From an uncultured Candidatus Saccharibacteria bacterium (lineage in GTDB: Bacteria > Patescibacteriota > Minisyncoccia > Phycocordibacterales > UBA918): 64,000 bases of DNA. The notes under the pieces are model-generated. The model did no database searches, was not told the DNA's origin, and saw nothing but the letters and a program-made list of their open reading frames with translations. This document shows positions 30,766 through 38,354 of this stretch, piece after piece; within the stretch, counting starts at the first letter, position 1, and every line of letters begins with the position of its first letter. The stretch lies in the NCBI GenBank assembly GCA_964601615.1, contig CAZRNZ010000002.1, positions 142,826-206,825 on the forward strand, written 5' to 3'. Both the position numbers and the translations under genes were made by a program.

Positions 30766-30912
30766 ATCTCCAAAATTAGGTAAAACCTAGGACTTCAGGA
30801 TTTTTATTCAGTCGTCGTATATAAATACAATGTCCTAAGACGGACATTCGAAGCAAGTCTCCCAGACTTCTTCGTTTCCTCATAAAAACCCTTCCAGTCC
30901 GTCGGTTTTTCG
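30766..30912 (+). repeat. Copy A of a repeated intergenic element. It begins 1 nt after the ndk stop and is about 85-90% identical to the sequence immediately after pilC (63895..64000).
   Basis: Shared blocks AGGTAAAACCTAG(G/C)ACTTCAGGA(T/A)TTTT(A/G)TTCAGTCGTCGTATAT and CCTTCCAGTCC(G/T)TCGGTTTT. Confidence 0.7.
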
Positions 30913-30952
30913 CTAATTTTAAAAGATTCACACTTTTGAAGTGTGAAAAAAG

Positions 30953-30990
30953 AAGAGGGGCGCCGAAGGCGCCCCTCTTCTTTTTATTTT
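30953..30990 (+). terminator. Terminator hairpin (AGAGGGGCGCC-GAAG-GCGCCCCTCT plus T-run). A near-identical copy lies at 49864.
   Basis: 11-bp GC stem plus TCTTTTTATTTTT. Confidence 0.7.
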
Positions 30991-31199
30991 TATGATATTA
31001 TTTTATTAGAAGGTCGTAAGCATGTTCCGAGTTATTTAACTTTCAGGGCTGCCTGCAGTCGCAAATTTTAATGAGAACGATTTATCGATTTCAGCAAAGT
31101 TTGGAAAGGGTGCCCACCTGACTTTTTCGTCAGGGACATGCGCGACCTTCTTTATAAAAGCTTCGTCATTTTGACGAAGCTTTTTGATATAATAAACAG

Positions 31200-31586
31200 A
31201 TGATTAAGCCAGTCACTCCCATCTTTATCCTTTCGTTCTTTATGATGGCGGTTTTTCATTTCTTGGCCTTGGAATTATTTTTATACTGGCGCTATCTCTG
31301 GCTCGATATACCAATGCATATTTTAGGAGGTTGTGTAGTAGCTTTGGGCTATTTAAGTATTCGAGACTTCTTTCCCAAATTAAAACCAAAATGGTTTAGT
31401 TTATTTTATGTTATAGCCTTTGTAGTGATTGTAGCGGTTTTGTGGGAAATCTTTGAAGTGGTGATTGGTGTGACTTTTGATGAATCTAGATATGTGATTG
31501 ATACAATTGCAGACTTTATCTTTGGTTTACTTGGTGGATTTATTGGTTATTTTGTAGCGACAAAAATTAGAGAATTATATCTATGA
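31200..31586 (+). CDS. Small 4-TM membrane protein (hypothetical). Its stop is ATGA-coupled to the next gene.
   Basis: Four predicted TM helices. No family recognised. CrcB was considered and rejected. Confidence 0.45.
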   Translation: MIKPVTPIFILSFFMMAVFHFLALELFLYWRYLWLDIPMHILGGCVVALGYLSIRDFFPKLKPKWFSLFYVIAFVVIVAVLWEIFEVVIGVTFDESRYVIDTIADFIFGLLGGFIGYFVATKIRELYL

Positions 31587-32944
31587 ATACAAAACTAGGT
31601 TTCTATGGTGGAGTGGGAAGTGTAACCGGTGCAAACTTTTTGCTTGATTCTGGCGCTTCTAAAATTGTGGTTGACTGCGGATTGGTTCAGGGAGACGAAT
31701 TTGCTGACCAAATAAACCAAGAAGATTTTGCTTACGACCCAACCTCGGTTGATTTTCTTCTGGTTACTCATGCTCACGCCGATCATATTGGACGTATTCC
31801 AAAACTAGTTAAAGATGGTTTTAGGGGAGAGATTTATTCTACTGAGCCAACCAGAACGTTAGCTAATGTGATGTTACGGGATGCTTTGAATGTGATGGCT
31901 TTCGAATCGAGGAAGAAAAATATTCCCATGATTTATGCTGAAGAAGATGTCCTGAAAGCTCTATCTCTCTGGAAGACAGTTGATTATAAAGAAGAGTTAA
32001 AACTCAAGGATAATATTTCTGCAGTATTTTCTGACGCTGGCCATATTCTTGGTTCTGCTTGTATTACTCTTAGTAGGGGAGATAAAAAAATTACCTTCTC
32101 TGGTGATATTGGTAATGTGCCACAACCTTTAATGAATCCGCCAGATACGCCAAAAGATTATGATTACCTAGTGATTGAGAGTGTTTATGGCGACAGAAAA
32201 CATGAAGATATTGAAACTCGTAGTGAGATGTTGAAGTTTTTTTTGCAAAAAACTATTAAACAAAAAGGTACTTTGATTATTCCGGCTTTTTCTATTGAAA
32301 GAACTCAAGCGATGCTGTTTGAAATAAATAATCTGGTAGAAGGTGGGGAGGTGGAATCTTTACCAGTATTTCTTGATTCCCCATTAGCAATTGAGGTTAC
32401 TGAGATATATAAAGCCAGAGCAGATTATTTAAAAGAAAGTGTAAAGGAACAAATTAAAAACGGTGATGATATTTTTTCTTTTCCAAAATTAAAGTTTACC
32501 GCAACCGTAAGTGACTCTGATGCTATTAGAAAAACAGATGGGCCAAAAGTAATTATTGCTGGTAGTGGAATGTCTCATGGAGGTAGGATTCGAAAGCATG
32601 AAAAGAATTATCTTGGTGATACGAAGACAATTGTTTTGCTGGTAGGGTATCAAGCGGTTGGATCGGTAGGGCGTCGGTTGCAGGACGGTGCAAAGAATAT
32701 AAAGATTGATGGCAAGTCGGTAAAGGTAAGGGCTGAAATTGCCGCCATTCGAGGTTGGTCAGGACATGCCGATCGTGATCAGCTTTTAGAGTTTGTCGAG
32801 AAGGGCGGCGCCAAAGCCAAGCAAGTTTTTGTGGCAATGGGAGAGGAAAGATCTTCACTTTTCTTGGTGCAAAGAATTAGAGATTATTTGGATATAAATG
32901 CTGTGGCACCAGCAGAAAATGAGGTGGTTGAGCTAGATTTTTAG
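31583..32944 (+). CDS. MBL-fold beta-CASP ribonuclease (RNase J / CPSF-73-like).
   Basis: LLVTHAHADHIGRIP (HxHxDH), beta-CASP-type motifs downstream, and a C-terminal GHADRDQL. Confidence 0.7.
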   Translation: MNTKLGFYGGVGSVTGANFLLDSGASKIVVDCGLVQGDEFADQINQEDFAYDPTSVDFLLVTHAHADHIGRIPKLVKDGFRGEIYSTEPTRTLANVMLRDALNVMAFESRKKNIPMIYAEEDVLKALSLWKTVDYKEELKLKDNISAVFSDAGHILGSACITLSRGDKKITFSGDIGNVPQPLMNPPDTPKDYDYLVIESVYGDRKHEDIETRSEMLKFFLQKTIKQKGTLIIPAFSIERTQAMLFEINNLVEGGEVESLPVFLDSPLAIEVTEIYKARADYLKESVKEQIKNGDDIFSFPKLKFTATVSDSDAIRKTDGPKVIIAGSGMSHGGRIRKHEKNYLGDTKTIVLLVGYQAVGSVGRRLQDGAKNIKIDGKSVKVRAEIAAIRGWSGHADRDQLLEFVEKGGAKAKQVFVAMGEERSSLFLVQRIRDYLDINAVAPAENEVVELDF

Positions 32945-33324
32945 TGTTAAAATTTATCTATATGAATTTTGAAAAAATAAATACACAGGAATCCTTAAGA
33001 AAGGCTACAGATGAGGATATTCAAAAACTCGATAAGGCATTAGATCATTTGGTAAATTCAAAAGCAATGACTGAATCTATTTATGATTTAAGAAGTGTTC
33101 TGTCAGACTTAATATCTGAATCAAGAAAAGCTGGTTTTGAGCCTGAGTATACTCATCCTGATGCTGGACCACTTCCTTTAAATGAGGATACTATCAGGGT
33201 ATTTGATTCATTGGTTTCTGCTGCCTCAACAGCTAAAGATGCTTCTGAGCTCTATCAGTTTAGTGATGCTGGTCTACCTCCAGATGTGATAAGAAGAGTT
33301 AAGGAATTAAATAACTTACAGTAA
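32944..33324 (+). CDS. Hypothetical acidic protein, 126 aa.
   Basis: ORF only. No motif recognised. Confidence 0.4.
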   Translation: MLKFIYMNFEKINTQESLRKATDEDIQKLDKALDHLVNSKAMTESIYDLRSVLSDLISESRKAGFEPEYTHPDAGPLPLNEDTIRVFDSLVSAASTAKDASELYQFSDAGLPPDVIRRVKELNNLQ

Positions 33325-33330
33325 ACAACA

Positions 33331-33360
33331 AAAAGCGCCGCCCGAAGGGCGGCGCTTTTT
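33331..33360. terminator. Bidirectional terminator (AAAAGCGCCGCCCGAAGGGCGGCGCTTTTT) between convergent genes. Member of the recurrent hairpin family.
   Basis: Perfect 9-bp GC stem, GAAG loop, A-run and T-run. Confidence 0.75.
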
Positions 33361-33372
33361 ATATTTAAGGTT

Positions 33373-33717
33373 TTATTTAACCTGATCTACAATTCTCTGG
33401 AAAGCTTCCGGACGATCTTTTGCTAGAGTAGCTAGGATCTTACGATCAACAGCAATTTGTTTGTCGCTCAATGCTTTGATAAAACGACTGTATTGCATCC
33501 CTTGTCCCTTTAGAACTGCATTGATGCGAACGATCCATAGACGACGGAAATCATTCTTCTTATCTTTGCGGTGTCCGAAAGAATAAAGGTGAGCGTGATG
33601 AATTGCTTCAATAGCTTGACGCTTCTTCTTTGAGCGGCCGAAACGATATCCCTTAACTTGTTCAAGAATATTGCGACGACGCTTTTGGGCCATTAAGCCT
33701 CCTTTTACACGTGACAT
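33373..33717 (-). CDS. rplT: 50S ribosomal protein L20.
   Basis: MSRVKGG...RRRNILEQVKGYRFGRSKKKR... Confidence 0.9.
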   Translation of the reverse strand: MSRVKGGLMAQKRRRNILEQVKGYRFGRSKKKRQAIEAIHHAHLYSFGHRKDKKNDFRRLWIVRINAVLKGQGMQYSRFIKALSDKQIAVDRKILATLAKDRPEAFQRIVDQVK

Positions 33718-33735
33718 ATTTTAATAATTAAAAGC

Positions 33736-33927
33736 TTAAGCACCAGTGTTTGGCAAGAAACGGCGAGTAATACGCTTGCTCAGATTTAGTAGCTGAGTTC
33801 GCTTGCGGCGTAGACGCTGCTGACCACTCTGACGAGCGTTAAAGTGGTTTTGACCTGGCTTACGAGCCACCAATTTACCGTTCTTGGTCACTTTTATTCT
33901 TTTGGTGTATGACTTGTTAGTTTTCAT
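33736..33927 (-). CDS. rpmI: 50S ribosomal protein L35.
   Basis: MKTNKSYTKRIKVTKNGKLVARKPGQNHF... Confidence 0.85.
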   Translation of the reverse strand: MKTNKSYTKRIKVTKNGKLVARKPGQNHFNARQSGQQRLRRKRTQLLNLSKRITRRFLPNTGA

Positions 33928-34000
33928 AATATTTTCTCAAATCGGGGTATTCTGTCAGAGAAGTGACAAAAGTGGTTAGAAATATACCTTAATTCATTAC

Positions 34001-34626
34001 TTAAATCAAGCCTCCTTCTAGTAGATCGTCCAAAGACTTTTTCTTGGACTTATTTTCTGGTTCAGTGGATTCAATCTTAGGCTTTTCCTCAGCTTTTTCC
34101 TCTCTAAAGCCTTTGTTTGACTCAAATTTTGCTTTACCGTCTCTTTCTAGAGTTACTGTGTAGCCCTTTGGACTTTTCTTCATTGGTTCAGCAATCTTGT
34201 ACTCAATTGGAATAATCTTTAGAAAACGCTCCAATCTTTCCTTCAAAAAAGCCTCTTCCATGTACTTGTATCTGCCAGATAGAAAAAGATCAGCCTTAAC
34301 TCGGTGTCCCTCAGACATCCATTCAGCCGCTCGACGAGCCTTTAGTTGCTGGTCATGATCGCCGGTAATAACTTTTACCTGAATAGACTTAGTTTCAGTA
34401 ACGTGAGACTTACTCTTTACTTCACTAGCTTTACGCTTGGTGTCGTAACGGTGTTGTCCAAAGTCCATTATCTTGGCCACTGGGGGATTGGCGTTTGGAG
34501 AAATTTCAATCAAGTCCAACCCTGCTTCATCAGCCGCTTTAAGAGCGTCATTCAAAGAAAGAACACCGAGGTTTTCGCCATTAGCACCAACTACACGAAG
34601 TTCGCGCGCGCGGATGCCGCTATTGA
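34001..34626 (-). CDS. infC: Translation initiation factor IF-3. The C-terminal 184 codons (34001..34555) are in one frame. Conserved N-terminal-domain residues (INSGIRAR / LRVVGANGENLGVLSL) continue upstream but are split by an apparent 1-nt frameshift near 34600 inside a (CG)5 run. No ATG/GTG start is present, so the start is non-canonical (ATC/ATT-type) or the gene is disrupted.
   Basis: DLIEISPNANPPVAKIMDFG...YKIAEPMKKSPKGYTVTLE matches IF3. Manual translation of the upstream minus-strand sequence gives INSGIRAR in one frame and (R)LRVVGANGENLGVLSL in the -1 frame. Confidence 0.8.
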
Positions 34627-34748
34627 TACGAGTTCGGTCTTTTTGGCTTTTAAATGAATTTGGATTTCTCAGATTGGTTTTTGCTTAATTTGTAATCTTT
34701 TAAAGGATTTTTAACTTACGCTGAATATAACACAGATGACTATAAAAT

Positions 34749-35165
34749 CTAGTCTTTTACCTGCGAAATATGCTTCGGGCATTTGCATCCATGAGGTTTA
34801 ATATATTCCTCAAAATGGTCCTTGCCGTAGTCGTAGGTAAGCTCTTCTCCAGCTTTGATATCGCGAATCGCTTCAATACCAATTTCGTTGGTGTCAGTGT
34901 AATAAACAGCTTCGCAGTTAGGGACACAAGAATGATTTATATAACGAGCGGTATTGCTGCGAGGAGAGCCATCGATGGTCATTTTTTCATCAAGGTCGAA
35001 TAAGTAACGGTTTGGTTTTTCCTCAGCCTTTTTGTTGCTGATTTTTTTACCCTTATATTCAATTACCAAATCTCCTTTTTCAATATCTATCAGAGTTTTC
35101 AAACCAAAACCCGCACTGCTCTTGAATACCTTAAAATCTTTTTTTGTGGTTGTCATGATGTGCAT
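34749..35165 (-). CDS. SET domain protein (putative protein lysine methyltransferase).
   Basis: GFGLKTLIDIEKGDLVIEYKG...ARYINHSCVPNCEAV...IGIEAIRDIKAGEELTYDYG gives the SET signature (NHSC, ELTYDY). 138 aa. Confidence 0.75.
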   Translation of the reverse strand: MHIMTTTKKDFKVFKSSAGFGLKTLIDIEKGDLVIEYKGKKISNKKAEEKPNRYLFDLDEKMTIDGSPRSNTARYINHSCVPNCEAVYYTDTNEIGIEAIRDIKAGEELTYDYGKDHFEEYIKPHGCKCPKHISQVKD

Positions 35166-35191
35166 GATTCTATCACGTCAGTACTTTTATT

Positions 35192-35818
35192 TTGTTAAGT
35201 TCTGGTAGAATAATATTTATGTTTGATTGGACTTTGGGAATTATCGAAGCAGGTGGTTATTGGGGAATATTTCTTTTAATGGTTTTGGAAAATGTTTTTC
35301 CACCAATTCCTTCAGAGTTAATTATTCCTCTTTCTGGCTACGCTGCCGCACAAGGGGATATGAATATTGTGTTAGTGATTCTAGTAGCTTCTTTAGGAGC
35401 TGTTGCTGGTGCGTTGCCTTGGTATTTTCTAGGAAGGTTGTTTGGAATTAAAAGACTAAAGTATTTATCCAATAAATTTGGTCGTTGGATTACTCTCAAT
35501 TCAGAAGATATTGATTTGGCCAAAGGCTGGTTTGATAAACATGGTTTCAAGGCAGTTTTATTTGGCCGTTTAATACCAACAGTAAGAACTCTTATTTCGG
35601 TACCAGCAGGCTTGGTAAAAATGTCTGTGCCAAAATTCCTATTCTTTTCTTTTATCGGAAGTAGTATTTGGACAGCTATTCTAGCTTTAGCTGGATACTG
35701 GCTCGGAGGACAACATGAAGCGGTTTCTGTTTATCTTGATCCACTTTCAAATTTTGTTGTAGTGGCGATAGTAGTTATCTACATTTATAGAGTAGTAACT
35801 TTCAAAAAGAGTTCTTAG
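35192..35818 (+). CDS. DedA/TVP38 family membrane protein.
   Basis: YWGIFLLMVLENVFPPIPSELIIPLSGYAAAQG is the DedA signature. Multi-TM. Confidence 0.8.
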   Translation: MLSSGRIIFMFDWTLGIIEAGGYWGIFLLMVLENVFPPIPSELIIPLSGYAAAQGDMNIVLVILVASLGAVAGALPWYFLGRLFGIKRLKYLSNKFGRWITLNSEDIDLAKGWFDKHGFKAVLFGRLIPTVRTLISVPAGLVKMSVPKFLFFSFIGSSIWTAILALAGYWLGGQHEAVSVYLDPLSNFVVVAIVVIYIYRVVTFKKSS

Positions 35819-35904
35819 AGACTAGACTCACAATACAAAACAAATAAGCCCCGCAGTTATGGCGAAGACCGATTTCTTTGTTTTGTATTGTGTGGAAGTG
35901 TTTC

Positions 35905-36252
35905 TTAGAGATATTTTTTTCCGTAATTATCTAGTTCTTTAATTATTGATTTTAAGCCTTTGCCTTTTTTGGTAAGACTGTAAAAAACACGAGGAGGGAA
36001 GCTGGTTACTTCCTTTCGAGTTATAACCTCTTCATTCTCTAGGTTCTTTAGTTTCTTTGTTAGAGTGCGACTACTTATGTTTGGTAGTGAAGCAGTTAGT
36101 TCGCCAAAACTTTTGTCTCCACGAGAAAGATCTCGCACTATTAAAAGAGTAGCTGAATCTCCTACAAGATCAGCTGTCTTAGCAATCGAGCAATTTTGGC
36201 AAGCTTTTTGTTGAGTAGGTGTTCTAAACATCATTAAACAAAAGGATATCAC
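35905..36252 (-). CDS. HxlR-family (MarR-like winged-helix) transcriptional regulator.
   Basis: C..CSIAKTADLVGDSATLLIVRDL..G.KSFGEL...LPNISSRTLTKKLKNLENEEVITRKEV...PPRVFYSLTKKG. Confidence 0.75.
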   Translation of the reverse strand: MISFCLMMFRTPTQQKACQNCSIAKTADLVGDSATLLIVRDLSRGDKSFGELTASLPNISSRTLTKKLKNLENEEVITRKEVTSFPPRVFYSLTKKGKGLKSIIKELDNYGKKYL

Positions 36253-36255
36253 ATA

Positions 36256-36284
36256 TACAATACTTTACAAAGTAAAGTATTGTA
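36256..36284. promoter_or_regulatory. Perfect 13-bp inverted repeat (TACAATACTTTAC-AAA-GTAAAGTATTGTA) in the divergent promoter region between the hxlR-like gene and the FMN reductase gene. It is a candidate HxlR operator.
   Basis: Palindrome seen directly at 36256-36268 / 36272-36284. Confidence 0.6.
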
Positions 36285-36324
36285 GGTTACAATAGCAAAA
36301 TAATTAGTTTTAAATATAAAATTC

Positions 36325-36858
36325 ATGGCAAATATAATTGGTATTGTAGGTAGCTTACGTAAGGACTCATATAACAGAGCTCTTATGAATGCTTTTGTTA
36401 ATCAAGCTCCAGAAGGAACAAATATCTCTATTGTTGAAATCGATAATCTTCCTTTTTACGATCAAGATTTAGAGGCAGAATTTCCTGCTGAGGCTAAAGC
36501 TCTAAAGGATAAAATTGAAGCAGCTGATGCAATCATTGTTGCTACTCCTGAGTATAACCGTAGTTTTTCATCAGTTTTGAAGAACGCTATTGATTGGTCT
36601 TCTCGTCCGTGGGGACAGAATTCATTTGTTGGTAAGCCGGTATTGGTAGTGGGTGCTTCTGTTGGACCAATTGCTGCTGCTTTGGCTCAAGCTGATTTGA
36701 AGAAGGTACTTTTGTACTTAGATGCAAAGGTTGTTGGTCAGCCAGAATTTTTCCTTGGTTTAGCTGGAGATAAGTTTGATCAGTCAGGAAATCTGACTGA
36801 TGAAGACACAAAGTCTCATATCGATTCAGCTTTGGCTGTTTTGTTGAAGTCTGTTTAA
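36325..36858 (+). CDS. NAD(P)H-dependent FMN reductase (flavodoxin-like, FMN_red family).
   Basis: IIGIVGSLRKDSYNRAL...IIVATPEYNRSFSSVLKNAIDW. Confidence 0.75.
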   Translation: MANIIGIVGSLRKDSYNRALMNAFVNQAPEGTNISIVEIDNLPFYDQDLEAEFPAEAKALKDKIEAADAIIVATPEYNRSFSSVLKNAIDWSSRPWGQNSFVGKPVLVVGASVGPIAAALAQADLKKVLLYLDAKVVGQPEFFLGLAGDKFDQSGNLTDEDTKSHIDSALAVLLKSV

Positions 36859-36880
36859 TTTTTCTAAATTTACAGGAAAC

Positions 36881-36910
36881 AAAAGCGCCGCCCGAAGGGC
36901 GGCGCTTTTG
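36881..36910. terminator. Bidirectional terminator (AAAAGCGCCGCCCGAAGGGCGGCGCTTTTG). Member of the recurrent hairpin family.
   Basis: Identical stem-loop to 33331 and 40888. Confidence 0.75.
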
Positions 36911-36925
36911 TATTTAAATTTTTTA

Positions 36926-37984
36926 TTAACCAGCCTTCACAATTTTCTTACTTTTCTCATTCTCCTTATATTCCTCAGAAAAGATTTTCCATAATGACAA
37001 ACAGAAGGCTGCAAGGATTGGACCGATTACAAATCCGCTTACGCCAAAAGTTGCGATTCCGCCAAGTGTCGCTAGTAGTACAAAGGCATCAGGTATCTTT
37101 GACTGTCTACCAATTAAGATTGGACGAAGAAATTCATCAACTAGAGCAACGAGTGCCATTCCCACACAAATTACCAATATTCCTGGAAGTACTGAACCAG
37201 AAAGAATCAAAATTATTCCTGAAGGAATCATCACAAAAGAAGGACCAACTGCTGGAATAACAGAAAGTACAGTCATAACCACACCCCACAAAACCGGTGC
37301 TGGAATACCAACCATCCAAAGTATTAGTCCACCAAGCGTTCCTTGCAAGATGGCAATTGTGATTGTGCCACGCATGATTGCTTGAGTAGTGTTGTAGAAC
37401 CTATCAAACAAAGTCTTAAGATGTTTCTCGTTGATCGGCATGTACTCCAAAGTCTTGTTCAAGATAACTTTGTCGTACTTAAACATGAAGAAAAGAAGGT
37501 ATAGAGTGATTATTAGTTTAATCAAAAAACTAAAAGTCACATGACTGTATTGCAGAATTGAGCTACCAACAACCGATGCGATATATGTTGCGCTTTCTCT
37601 AACTTTTGCCTCAATAAAAAGTACATCAACATCACCAGGTAGGTGACCATTTATCCTAAAAATTAAATCCTCTACAACCTTATCAGTAATACCATTAGAA
37701 ACAGATTGATAGATTGATAAAGATTCTTTTACCACTAATCCACTGACAGTTATAAGTGGAACTGTTATTACAGTGATTGCAATCAAGATTGTGGCGGCAG
37801 AAGAAATACTCTTAAGTCCTTTAGTTATTTTTACCAACCATTTATAAATTGGGTGAAAAATAATAGCAATTACTATTGCCCAAAAAACTGGCATTAAGTA
37901 AGGACTGAGCATCCAGAGAAAAACTGCTGTTGCTCCAAGTAACAACGCAAGGAAAGAAAAGTTTTGTAATTTTTTAGAGTTCAT
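36926..37984 (-). CDS. AI-2E family transporter (PerM/YhhT-like, UPF0118).
   Basis: Polytopic membrane protein. GPSFVMIPSGIILI... is typical of the AI-2E family. 352 aa. Confidence 0.75.
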   Translation of the reverse strand: MNSKKLQNFSFLALLLGATAVFLWMLSPYLMPVFWAIVIAIIFHPIYKWLVKITKGLKSISSAATILIAITVITVPLITVSGLVVKESLSIYQSVSNGITDKVVEDLIFRINGHLPGDVDVLFIEAKVRESATYIASVVGSSILQYSHVTFSFLIKLIITLYLLFFMFKYDKVILNKTLEYMPINEKHLKTLFDRFYNTTQAIMRGTITIAILQGTLGGLILWMVGIPAPVLWGVVMTVLSVIPAVGPSFVMIPSGIILILSGSVLPGILVICVGMALVALVDEFLRPILIGRQSKIPDAFVLLATLGGIATFGVSGFVIGPILAAFCLSLWKIFSEEYKENEKSKKIVKAG

Positions 37985-38089
37985 ATATTAGTAAATATAT
38001 CACCAGTACATTTAACTAATATTACTACCTTACGGCAGAAAGGGGATAACGAAATTTAAATTTATTTAAGACAAAAGTAAAACAACACA

Positions 38090-38145
38090 AAAAGCGCCGC
38101 CCAAAGGGCAGCGCTTCTTAGATTGTCCTTTTGTGGACATAGCAC
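38090..38145 (+). repeat. Distal direct repeat (attR-like) of the ssrA-proximal sequence. It comprises the GC hairpin plus a 23-nt extension (GATTGTCCTTTTGTGGACATAG) resembling the tmRNA 3' end.
   Basis: About 46 of 52 nt identical to 40888..40941 in the same orientation. The extension is absent from the other hairpin copies. Confidence 0.6.
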
Positions 38146-38354
38146 TTCTTAGCTCGAATCAGATGAAGGACTTTGTATTTGAGTGGTACGGCTCCTTCTC
38201 ACGTCCAGAAAATGCCAATTTATACGTTGGAAACAATGAACTATCGCACAAGTAAGTAATTGAATAGAGAGTATAAGTAAACAGTGATAGCGACCGCTTG
38301 GAAAATAAAAAGGTCGCCAGATATTGGCGACCTAGAACTTCCATCAAAACGCTT

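Noticed and set aside
31200-31586. Fluoride-riboswitch / CrcB(Fluc) hypothesis for the structured leader and 4-TM protein.
   Set aside because: The 128-aa protein lacks the CrcB signature (GG.G..R, GTL.VN). The leader lacks the crcB-motif consensus.
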